64,000 nucleotides of DNA, from the NCBI GenBank assembly GCA_900088475.1, contig FLMG01001670.1, positions 62,001-126,000 of the forward strand. Reading direction: 5' to 3'. The notes under the pieces are model-generated. The model saw only the letters and a list, made by a program, of their open reading frames with translations. It was not told the origin of the DNA and ran no database searches. How positions within the stretch are numbered: position 1 is the first letter of the stretch; the number at the start of each line of letters is the position of its first letter. The stretch is from Hyphochytrium catenoides (lineage: Eukaryota; Protista; Hyphochytriomycota). Below, piece by piece: positions 1 to 10,825 of this stretch. The translations under genes were made by a program, and so were the position numbers.

Positions 1-14
1 CCAATCCTCTAGGC

Positions 15-2109
15 TCAACTTGGCAATCCTTTGCTTGTGGCTCCGCTGCGAGGTCGCTGTTCTGGCGGCCTGTTCTCAGCATCCCTCAAATACTTGTACA
101 GGATAATATTCCTGTTCTCTTCTGCCACATCCTTTGGAGTCTTTCCTCTATTGTCCTGTTGCCTAAGATTTGCTCCATACTCGAGCAATACGTCTACGAT
201 CTGTTGGAGGTTGAGACGGGCTGGAAAGGATCCGAAAACGGAAGTTAGACAACGTACAGAAAGAAGATCAAGACACACGAGGCGTGGGATGAGTCGCAAC
301 GAGAATACCTAAGGGGATAAGTCTAAGAGGGTGAAGCGCCTTGGTAGCGCTTACGCAGGGTTTAATTGTCGAGTAGGGAGCCAAAGAAGAGACACAAAGG
401 AGCTAGCGTGTTACAGATCTGTAGCCGTCTCAAGAGTCTGGATCCTTACCAGCTGCATGAAGAGGAGAGGTCCCAAAGTTATCCTGCACGTCCACGTTGG
501 CCTGCTTCGCTACGAGGACCTTGACAGAGTTAGCAGCTTGGGCTTCCACAGCACTAAGGAGAGGAGTTTGCCCCATATGATTGCACTGCTCAATCGGAGC
601 ATTTTCAATTTTCAACATCTCGGATAGCAGATCGTCATCTCCTCTTAGCGCTGCGTAGTGAAGGGCGGTATTCCCATTACCGGGGTCTACCTCACTTAGG
701 AGAAGATCTGTCTTTTCCTAAGATTTAGGATGTGTTCAACATATGCATTAGAATAATGAAAGCGAAGCATTTGGATTATGAGAGCACGCTGAGAGAGGCA
801 GGTAGTACGCGGAGGAGAGTTAATTAAGAGCGAGAGTTTGACTGAACATACAAGCAGAAGCAAGGCGACATCTGCCCAACCATCCATGACGCTGATTATC
901 AAAACGTTTCTTCCTTTCTTGTCCCTTATCAACCTTGGGCTGCCGTAGCTGTCAAACGATATGAGTCAGGAAATAGGGTGAGCAGTCGTGTTATGGAAGA
1001 CAACCTCGCAGGCACCCAACCCTTCGTCACAGGTTCAAATACTCTTCACTCTTCCCTTTCCTTCATTCTTTCTTCAGTTTCTCCTTTCCTATCCCCTCTT
1101 GCCGTAGCATGTTCCTCCCCTGACATTATTTGAATCGTACTCGTGCAGCATGGTGCTGATCTTATCATATTCACCACATTGAACTGCCGCCAAAAAGTCT
1201 GCCTTTGAAGCTTCAGTGTGAGGGTACTTTCGGGCCTTTCCTTTGAAGATCTAAGGGCACGAGAGGGTGAGAGGAACATGGAAGATGGGAGACGCAGACA
1301 ACTTTGCTGCTCAAGAGAACAAAGAGAAAGGGGAAAGGCGGCAAACATTCTTGTACTCTGACCTGAGAGAGACCGAGTAGCGAAGGCACGAGAAGTATGT
1401 ATATAGAGCAAGCACGCTGAACCCAAGTCAAAGGAGGAATGAGAGCGTAAGCCAATAGACCTGCCAGGTCCTCCAGAGTCTGAAGATGATTGTCTCCCTC
1501 TTGAAGGGAGGTGGCTGAATGATCTCATTGACCAATAGTTGCCTGAAGGTAGAGCGATTGAGTCCGTGACGTAAGTATTTCTTCTCCCCGTCCTAGCATC
1601 AGTGAACCCTACCTAACATTTTGCTCGATCCCTTTGGCTGTCAGCTCTTCTAGACACGTCTGGCAAAGGAAATAAGTGAGCTCGTTGTGCAAGTAGGCAG
1701 CTAACTCCTTCTCGCAAAAGTGGCAGAGAGTTGGTGTCTCTTCATCTCGCTGCTCCGCCCATCGACGAGCTCTTCGTATGAGGAGATTGGTGTAGTACTC
1801 CCCCAAAGTATCTGTCACTATCCTTCTGTGCGCCTTCTTCGCTGCTCGAGCCTTTCTTTGAAATGCCCGTTTAAGTCTTAAGCGAGAAGGCAGAGTCGGG
1901 CAGAAGACGTTGCATAAGAAAGACTCTTTTTCTTTAGATGGAGGCAAACCATTGACGTACCTTCCATCCTTTACCACATTAATAGGGTTTTGCCCGTTGT
2001 GATGAGCTCCATCCTTTCTCTCACCTTCCCCAAGTCTTTCAACTTCCGTGGTCTGATTGCCCTTTGCTGGAGGACGACTATCACAGAGGGAACATGTTTG
2101 CGATGACAA
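15..2109 (-). CDS. Ankyrin-repeat protein with an upstream CxxC...CxxC (B-box-like) zinc motif; multi-exon, 5' end unresolved
   Basis: Spliced exons give ankyrin repeats (DKKGRNVLIISV..GWADVALLLL; GNGNTALHYAA; NHMGQTPLLSAV; DNFGTSPLHAA|ARLNLQQIVDVLLEYGAN..DNRGKTP). ORF 1609-2109 (CHFC..LCQTC) joins in frame via AG|gtaggg..ccttcag|G to QLLVNEIIQPP..WQ|IFKGKARK. True start not identified. Confidence 0.75.
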
Positions 2110-3282
2110 ATGGGACGCCCACCTTCTTTTGATTCTTCTTTAGTTGTGGAGAGAGATTGAGTGACAGTCAGAGGAGCTGCCACATGAACTCTGGCAAAGA
2201 AGGACATAAGCGTTGGCAGAATCCTCCCCTACCCTAGGTTTTCCTGGCGGGATCAGACACCGAAATACACCGAAATATTCCACTCAGGATCTTCTTCAGC
2301 CTTCCCAAGTCCCGTCACATAGTCTATCCCACTCTCGTCGTGATAGGCAGGGAGCTTAGTGTTGTTTGAAGGAGCTGCAGACCATCAAATGCAGCGGCCA
2401 CACACACACGGACGGAGACCTGAATCATGCTCTTCTACACCGTAGCAGCTTGAGGCAAACTTTCCATCACCATCACACCGTTGTTCACCTTATTACGTTC
2501 ATGCTGGCCTGCCACCATCCTCCTTCTTCTCTTCCGTCAGCGTCTGCAGCAGGAGAAGAGCAGATACAGACACTCCTTGCTGGCACTTCCATCAAGCTTC
2601 AAGCTTCACGGGCCTTAAGGCGGAGGAGTGCACCAGCGATGGGAGGACGAGACACCAGCTGCCCATCGTCGAGAGTGACACAGAGAACTTTTGTGCCACT
2701 GAAACGGTAGTGAGAGGTGTTACCCCTCTTGGCAAGGTGGGGGTACACCCCGGCTTATCTTTTTGGTTGGTGTCGTCGGTCTACCCAGGGTGCTGGACGG
2801 ATAAGAACTTTCTATGTTTGGTATCACTGTCTCTATTCTGGCAGGTCTATCCACTAGGCCCCTCGGACTTGAAAGCTGAAGGTTGTTCCTAACGAGAGTG
2901 TTGGTCAGAGATTCTGAAGTGTGAACGGCACTCAGGACTCAGGAGTGGCCTCTCCTCAGTGCTTGAGCGCCTTGTCAATGCTTGCTCCAGGGCACTGGGC
3001 CTGATGAGAGGCAAGGCCATCATACGAAAGCGTGAAGACTCTACTACTAGGACCTGCAGAAGAATATCCATCTGATTCCTGCGGGGCTGCAGCTCGAGTC
3101 CTTCAGTAGAGCGATCTTGCTGTCAAATGGTGGTGACGAAGGAACCGATCATGCCCAACAAAGACAATCCGCTGGGTCAATCAATGTCGTAACGGGAGAT
3201 AGCTTTGTAAAGACCGTCTCAAGTCGTAAAGCGGATTCTGACAGCGCGTAATACGCTCAAAGATTGCGCTCCAGACTCGAGG

Positions 3283-4543
3283 ATGATGGACCCAAAACAA
3301 GAAGACGATCTATCCTCTACATCCTTAGACATAGGTCGGCAGTCGGACACAAAAGAGGAGGGCGTTCCGTTTTTTTCTACAGTTGAGGATGAGCAAGGAG
3401 AAGATCAGGAAGAAGAGGTAGAGGATGTCCTCGATAATGTCCCGCAGAGGGTCTGGGGGTCTTCTGTATACCTCGGTAGCATTGATGCCGCGGAGAATAA
3501 AGCAGCGTTGGAGTCTATCGGGATCAAAGCCATTCTTAATGTTTCTCAAGAGGCGCAGTATGACATCCCTGAGGTGAGTACAATGAGGAGCGTAAGGAAC
3601 AGAATAGTGTCGTCACGCTCGTAGTAGGGCGTCCTGTATTACAAGCTACCGCTTCAAGACATCTCAATGGAAGACTTATTGGACTATGTGGTGCCCGCAG
3701 TCTTGTTCATTGACGAGGCATTGCGATTAGGGAAACACATTCTAGTACACTGGTGAGATAGATTAACAATTAAAGGCTGGCTTCGAAGAGCTGAACTCCA
3801 ATTACTCGACAGTATTGCGGGGCAATCTAGGTCTGCTGCCATAGTCATGGCATGGATGATTCTCAGGACTGGAAGATCTGCAAAGGAGGCACTGCAGTAT
3901 CTGCGGTACGAGAGGCTTGACTCCGGACGTTAAAGTTGACCCACTGATATCTTTGTTCTACAGCGAGGTTCGCCCTTGGGTTAACCCCAACGTGGGCTTC
4001 ATAAAACAGCTAAATTACTTGGAATCGCACAGAGAGGCCTTCTTGGCTGCCGTCCAAGCAACAGAACTTAGAAGTCTAGAGACCAACAATCCTCGAGTGT
4101 CCTTGAAGTCTAAAGGTGAACTTCCCGTACTTAGATTAACAAGGAAAGGTATGAGAGAGCTGAGAGCTCGGAATATGAAGTCATGTCTCACTCCAGAAGT
4201 CTCTAATGGGCACTCGGGTAAGTATGCTTCCTCCTTTGGCTATGGTCCTACCTCTGCTGCTTTCTGACCTCGCTTTGTAGGGCCAAAGCTACCGCAGGCT
4301 AAGGAGTTATGTATTGCTACCGCTGTAGAGCATTGCTTACCAGAGGAGGGCGCCTACGAATCGCTAGTGTACATTTTGTCTAGGGAACATAGGAGTATTG
4401 AAGAGGCAGACCATAGTCTCAATAACCTAGAGATCACTAAGGGAGAAGGTGGCGTTGCTGAGCTATTTCGAAGGTTATATCCTGACGTTGACTCCTTCAC
4501 AGAGGTATCTGCGTACCGCTTTATAAAGGTGATGAACTTGTAG
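3283..4543 (+). CDS. Dual-specificity protein phosphatase (DSPc), 5 exons
   Basis: VYLGSIDAAENKAALESIGIKAILNVS; active-site loop ILVHC|IAGQSRSAAIVMAW (Cys codon split by an intron); VRPWVNPNVGFIKQL; last exon GPKLPQ..KVMNL* ends at TAG 4541-4543. Confidence 0.9.
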
Positions 4544-4591
4544 GCCAGCGACGCTCTAAACCTTGTACTTGTATTTTTGAGATGCACTTCC

Positions 4592-5510
4592 TTAGGTAAA
4601 GCATCGCCTAAGGGATATACCGCAGTTGGAGGCCAAAATGATGTAGATAACCACAATCACGACTGTCGTGATGATCAATGTCATTTTCAAGTTCAGCGTC
4701 TGCATCTTGCACTTGAGCTTGTTTGAGCTTGTCTCCATTTGGAGAGCATTTTCCTCGAGTTTCTTGGTCTTGCCGACTAGAGTATCTAGCTCTTCCTGAT
4801 GGACCATCAGCTAGAAGCGTGCAGCGCCAAAGAATGTCAGTTATCCACACCTAACCATATCGGGACCTGAAGGGATCATCAAACCTTATCAACACTGTCT
4901 AAGAGCTTCTGCTTGACTTCTTCCACGCCCTCTTTCATCTCTTCGACGGCGGTGTAATGAGATTTTCTTGCCCATCTTCGAGTGATCGTCTCCAGCTGTT
5001 CTTTAAAGTCATCCATGGCGTAGGCGATCGCATGTTTCGGAGCTTCTGTGCCATACTGGACAATAAAATTTTGCTCCACCTCCTGCAAATAAGCATGCCC
5101 GACAGCGGCCTTAATATGGTCCTCCGTCATGCAAAAGTATGTCAGCCCCGATCGCACTCTTGCATAGAAGTGGTAATCCTTATCTTCGACTTTGTGGCTG
5201 AAGAGGAGCTAGGTCATAAGCAAGTTAGCTGGGTAGTATTGGGATAGATGGCTGACCCTAGTAAGGTTCTTACATCCTGATCCACCTCTGTGGGGACTTT
5301 ATTCAAGAGCAATACTGTTTGTGTCGTCAGGGAAAGGACGTTGACTTCGGCATACTGGCAAAGGACGGTGCTCCCTCGGGCTATAAGCACTACAAGGATT
5401 GGCTTTCTACGACCTGGACTGCCGCTTGGGCTTCTTTCTTTGTGCTCTTCCTCAGAGTCAGCGTGGCCCCTTTTTTCCCTCCGGCGATGACGAGAAGAAT
5501 GAGCCGACAT
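4592..5510 (-). CDS. VAMP7: VAMP7-like longin R-SNARE with C-terminal transmembrane helix, 3 exons
   Basis: Longin domain (PILVVLIARGSTVLCQY..GLTYFCMT..HAYLQEVEQNF..AIAYAMDDF), SNARE coil (EEVKQKLLDSVDK|LMVHQEELDTLVGKTKKLEENA), TM TLIITTVVIVVIYIILASNCG. Confidence 0.85.
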
Positions 5511-6441
5511 CCCGCCGCCCGCCAGCTGCTTCTTCCTAGTGGGTCCTCCGCCAGAGATCCACCTATTGGCAAGCAGCCTCACAGCTTTGCATTGGCGCGA
5601 CACCGCTGTAGGCCAAACATGCGCTTCAAGTTGTCCTTTTAGCTCTCTTTACAAGTCGCTGCTACAAAGAGCGATGCCAGAACTCATCAACCGCTATGAG
5701 CCTAGGACCTGTCTAGTCTAACTGCTGACGGCTGGACGAGCAGGTGAGACAAGACCTAGTCGTCGCTTTATTGATCAGTAGTTGCACCGCTTTATAGAAC
5801 TACCTTGCCTTATTACATCCAAATCTTCGTGCCCTCATCAAGACTTGCCGCCGATCTCCAAATAGAACTTTCTGCTCTTCGGTTATCATCAACAACCCCT
5901 AGCACAAGTCATGACCATGCTGAATATCTAACACAATATGGAAGTAATTACAGATAAGGCCGTGAACGTTTAGGATATATACTATTCACATATGCTACTG
6001 TACCCTCTGTCAACAGTGACCTTTGGAGAACGAAACCATACAGACTAAAATAAACAGAAATATCAGACAGAATAAATCTCTCCGGAGATTATCAATGTAA
6101 CCTTATTTGTATTTGCACACAAAGAGGAAAATCGGCGACATAAATTTTATCAGTTTTATTGTCCAAGAAGTTCTGAACCTCAACCTCTCACCTCTCAGAC
6201 GGCTTCCTTGTGGTCAGGAGCTCCACAATCAGCAACTGAGGCAGCCTGCAGCATGATGAGCGTGGGTATGATCTCTGAGTCGTACTCACTATCGTTTTTA
6301 TAAAAGATCTTGTCCAGCAGACTGTCAGTGCAACTTACGGCCAGGAAGAAAGGCCTCCTCTTGGCCGAGCTGTACGGGGAACGCGTGGAATTGAGCTGCT
6401 TTCCTTTGCTTACATAAGTTGGCAAGCGGTGAAGCTCCGCA

Positions 6442-8044
6442 ATGTTCAATTGGACGACCTACCCTGGCGGACTCCCTAGAGGTCCTCCTGTCAACGACTT
6501 TCAGCAGCTGTAAGTAGAACCGACCTATGCTACAGACTCCGACCCTCACTCGTGAGATGTGCATTGTAGTCGCGGTCGACAGATCGCTTCATTACACCGG
6601 GCGGTCCCAAATGTGCGAGCAATAAATCAAGATCAATCTATCTTCGATGTGAGCTTCACCTCAGTTGGCAACGTGGTGTTATTTTTGAGAATGTAAGGTC
6701 AATTACAGGGTTCTACGAGGGCCAGTGCTAACGAATCTCTGTTACTTTAGCACGTTAGGCCCAAGATTTCCCACAGATGCACCCGCCATACAGGTATCCA
6801 GTTGAATCTCTGTGTACAGTAGTAGTCCAGCACCTGAAACGCTGGCCTCCTTAGGTGCTAGGAGGTGACGTGCGCCACCCACTGTTAGATAACAATGGCA
6901 TGGTTTGCGGCCATCACGGTTTAGCGAACTGGAGCGCTCACAGTGACTTGGGACGAATAGGTCTGCAGCTAGGTTCCGTTATGATGCTTATGTTGCTTCC
7001 CTGACTCCTGCATCAACCTCCACCACAGCAAGGGAGCTTTTGGACGAGTTCCAGCGAAATCCACCTGCTGTTCCTCAGAATCCATACGCCTACGGTGCAT
7101 CACCACCTCAGCAATTGAGTAATTCTCCTCCTGTTGGGGCTCCAGTATCCTATGCTTCCCCCTCTGTGGTGTCAAGCCCTTCCGCGTTCTCTCCCGTACA
7201 GTCCGGTGAATCCGGAAGGCTATCACAGACGACAAGCACTTCTCAGCGTGTCTCAAGCACTTCTGCTAGAGTACAGGAAGAGGTAGGACAGTAGAATAGG
7301 TGGTGGGATGTGGAATTCTCACTTACTAGCCTGGCGTCATTAATGTTTCCGTATGCCAGGAGAGACTTAAAGCCGCAGCTGAAAATTTGACTAGTGCCAT
7401 CCCACCGATTCCCTCGGAGTTCCCAGAGCTACAGTCACTTAGCAAAACCGAGATAGAGCGGCTTCTTGTAGATTCAGAAGAACGTCGGGCGTTTATGATG
7501 AATCTATCCTCGGTAAAAGCATACCAAGGAATGAAAGAGGAGGTCTTCCGTTCAAACGTTGCTGCCGCCAGTACGTATCATCCTTTTCGCAGCTGAGTTT
7601 TGCATGGAAGCGTCCTCTTAGTATAACACAACGCAACTCTTAGGGAAGAATCTGGAACTCGAGAACGAGATTGAACAGATCAACAACCGGATTGATATCC
7701 TTCGAGTGGAGTTACAGAATGAGATTGACAGCTTCAGACAGAAGCAGCAGAGACAGCAGACTCTTGCACAGGTGAAGCGGTCTTTTAAGGATCGATTAGA
7801 GTCCATCATGTCCCTTGGCAGAGACTAACTGGCTGCTTCCTTTTAGCAATTCCAGCCACAGCAACTTGTAGAGCGGCTAGCAGCAGCAGCAGCAGCAGTG
7901 GAGACACAGACACGACAGCTAGATGCTGACTTCACTGACGGAAAGATAGGTGTCACAGATTTTGGCAAAGAGTATGTGAAGCTTCGCACCCTCTACTATG
8001 TGCGCAAGCTTAAAGTGGACAAGTTAAGGGGGACTGTTCGCTGA
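6442..8044 (+). CDS. VPS37: ESCRT-I subunit VPS37 with N-terminal UEV-like domain (VPS37A-type)
   Basis: Spliced N-terminus RQIASLHRAVPNVR..LFLRI|TLGPRFPTDAPAIQ|V..VRHPLLDNNGMV..LANWSAHSDLGRI|ARELLDEFQRNPP; Mod(r) domain IPSEFPELQSLSKTEIERLL..NVAAA..FGKEYVKLRTLYYVRKLKVDKL; TGA 8042-8044. Confidence 0.85.
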
Positions 8045-8203
8045 GTACTGCCATAGGATCATGACAGCACCATGAAGTTGCTGGATCTATGGGCAAATAA
8101 CTGGTGGTCCCTTAGCAACTTTTTATCGGGACAATCTTGGTCTTGTTCATATAAATAAGCAAATGTATAGCCAATAAATATTGAGGTTAAGGAATGGTCA
8201 AAT

Positions 8204-9216
8204 CTAATCATCGTCAACTCGTCGGTCGACGGGACTATTCGTTCTCCCAGGCTCTGCAAAAGGTTGTGGTTGAGGAGCCTGCGACTCCGTAGGCTGAGGA
8301 TTGAAGGGTCTGGGGCGATCAGTCCGATCGTTGGGCGCATCAGTTAACTGTTGCCTATGGCCACTGATGGGTAGCAGAGAGACAAAAAAGCCCCAAATGA
8401 TACGAATGATGAGCAAGATGAGACCCAGAGGTCCTTCCCGGGCGTTAGGATGGAGCACCACTGATGGCGGTCGATAAGCCTGCCGGTCAGATGACGCACC
8501 GCTGGGATTATCCACCCTACTTCGGCCTGCAAGCAAACAGGCTTACTTCCCTTGGCCTGACAACGTCCGGTACCAAGTAACCTACCCTGCGTCTGATGCG
8601 GTATAACCATAATAGAACTTCCAGGCTCGATCTCTGACCCTGAAGAAACCACTCGCCCACTGCAGATGACCTTGAGCGACTCTCTGATCGTGTGCATTGT
8701 CAGGGAAAAGCAGTGTAGGTTGGAGAAGCTTGTCTTACATATGGAACAGCCGCCGCAGCTCATTGAGAGGATCAGGTACATTCCATCTTGAGCACAGAAG
8801 TTCGTATATAGCTCCCATGTATCGCACCTTCCACAGTCACGCCAACTGAGCTTTAATCCAGGAAAGGGTCTTCCTTGGGGCAACACTTACCTTCACTGGG
8901 ACACGCAAGAGTTCCTCCCCGGCAAACGGAAAGTGAGATTCCTCGCGGACCAAAGAGACCTTTTCCGCACAGACTGGACACCGATTTTGAGGTGAAAGGA
9001 CACCGCAGATGCACGCTTTGCTGTGGTTCATTAGAGCAGGGATCAGAGGCTGCGAACCTTTAAGCAACAATGGTGAGATTCGTACCAGAAGCAGTGACCA
9101 CACGGCTCAGCAAAGCACATTGGTACTCCTCCAAGGTCGGACTCGCAGAGAGGACATTGAAAGAGAGATGAATCCAACTCCCTCGTGGTCGGTGGTACGG
9201 ACGCTGGTTGATCCAT
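8204..9216 (-). CDS. C3HC4 RING finger + ubiquitin-like segment + C-terminal hydrophobic helix; putative membrane E3 ligase
   Basis: CPLC..EPCGHCF(C|)KAC..RCPVC RING across an intron; VKVRYMGAIYELL..ESLKVICSGRVV..IEPGSSIMVI resembles a beta-grasp UBL; PLGLILLIIRIIWGFFVSLLP hydrophobic segment. Confidence 0.7.
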
Positions 9217-9698
9217 TGCGAATTATCCGGCTCAGTCGATCTAATGGCTCAACTTGAAAGCTGAGTGAGGCCTCCCCTTATTGAGCCTGGAAAGTAGGTC
9301 AACTCCAGCTCCAGCTCATCAGCGCAGAAGAACGTTCAAAGAACCTTTTGAAGATCAGAATCGTCATCTGCTGGCTTGAAGCGTTGGTCTCACTCAGCAC
9401 CAAACAAAACGACGGCCGCAATGTTGACTGTTCGCCTCTTGCTAGGAATGCATTGTACATCCCCCAGCAGAGACCAACGTTAACAGCTCTATCGGAAGGG
9501 TACCAGTGTTGAAAACTGCTGATCAGAACTCATCAGATTCTTACCTTCGCCACGATCAAGAGCCAACCCAGCACTCAGTCCTTCAGCTGCCGCGCTGCGC
9601 CCCACTTAATGGCAGCAAAATCTCTATAGATTGGGTCTGGGACAGTGGCGTAGAGGTGGCGTAGAGGTCTGAGATATAGTCTTGCTGAGCAGCTCGCA

Positions 9699-10576
9699 AT
9701 GACGACAACTATCTCTTCCAGAAGTCTGTCTAGACTGATAAGGCCGAGAAGATTTATATGTGGGAGCTCCTCTATCGTTGCTCGGCTGATAGGGCGTAAG
9801 AGGGCTCTAGCAATAGGTCCGCCTCACAACTTTCCACCTGTTGACAGTGTACGTATTCGCTTCATTCTCTGTAAGGGTTCACCTTTTGCATCCACCGTCT
9901 CAAAAGTGACGACTATCTAGGCTCCCTCAGTGCCGTCATGGTCCATTGAATCTCTGGGTCTTACGGGTGTCTCAAGAGAGGGCGAAGTCGCGATATCTAG
10001 AGAGCTGGTATGACTTTTCTTCAACGTTTTGCCTTGAAGAAAAGTCTGACAATCATGCGTGGATCTACCGCGCTGCATCTAAGTTTGACAAACTAGCTGA
10101 GCTGGCCCATTTAGATGCCGATGAAGAGGATGTCAACCGCTTTCGCAAGGACATAGGGACGATTATCAAGTGCGTCGACAACATTCAGGTACATTGGGAA
10201 CACGACCTGGGCGTTGCCCGCCTTATACCTTCGGTGAAATCATGCTCACTCTTCTATGTCCATGGTGTAGCGAAGCGATGCAGCAGTGGAGAGCTCTAGT
10301 ATATACACAGGCGCAGCACTGGCCACAGAGGGTGAGCATTACTTCTCACACCCGCAGACGCCCGTCAAACATGTTCCCTACGTATCTGTGATTGCCTTTT
10401 CTTACTATATTCTCATTTGTTCCTCTGTGACCTTAGAAAACTCCAAAATCATCCGACTGAAAGCTCCACTGAGGCAAGGCGATGAGCCCGCGATGTACTC
10501 CCAGGATTCAGTGCTAAAGAACGCCAGGGTCACGGATAGAGGATTCTTCGTTGTTCCAAAGATCATTGAAAACTGA
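9699..10576 (+). CDS. gatC: Glu/Asp-tRNA amidotransferase subunit C, probably mitochondrial
   Basis: Arg/Ser-rich, acid-free presequence; PSWSIESL; FDKLAELAHL..RFRKDIGTIIKCVDNIQ; C-terminal PLRQGDE..VLKNARVTDRGFFVVPKIIE motif; all junctions GT-AG and in phase. Confidence 0.85.
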
Positions 10577-10825
10577 AGTAGGTCCAAAGAGGCATTAAAA
10601 AGAGGACAACGCTAAGACTGCCCTGGAGTAACTATATATATTTACCCATTATAGCTCATGAGCTCTGTTGTCTCAGAACGCAATATAGCCTGCTCCCACC
10701 CCGGCGAATCTCTCTCAGAGGCTTGATCTCCAGTCTACGTGGGAGCTTTTAGACTTCATGCAACACTCTACCAACAGAGGCTTGTGTATCTATGCATTCC
10801 TCCCCAAGTCCTTTGAGCTGGAGTG

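Noticed and set aside
5770-5900. Firm call of a box C/D snoRNA
   Set aside because: Boxes are short and common, the terminal stem overlaps box C, and I could not identify an rRNA-complementary guide. Kept only as part of a speculative finding.
2258-9667. Short tandem duplications (ACACCGAAAT x2 near 2258; TGGCGTAGAGG x2 near 9646; GCA run near 7880)
   Set aside because: Two-copy slippage products or poly-Ala codons; not CRISPR or element termini.
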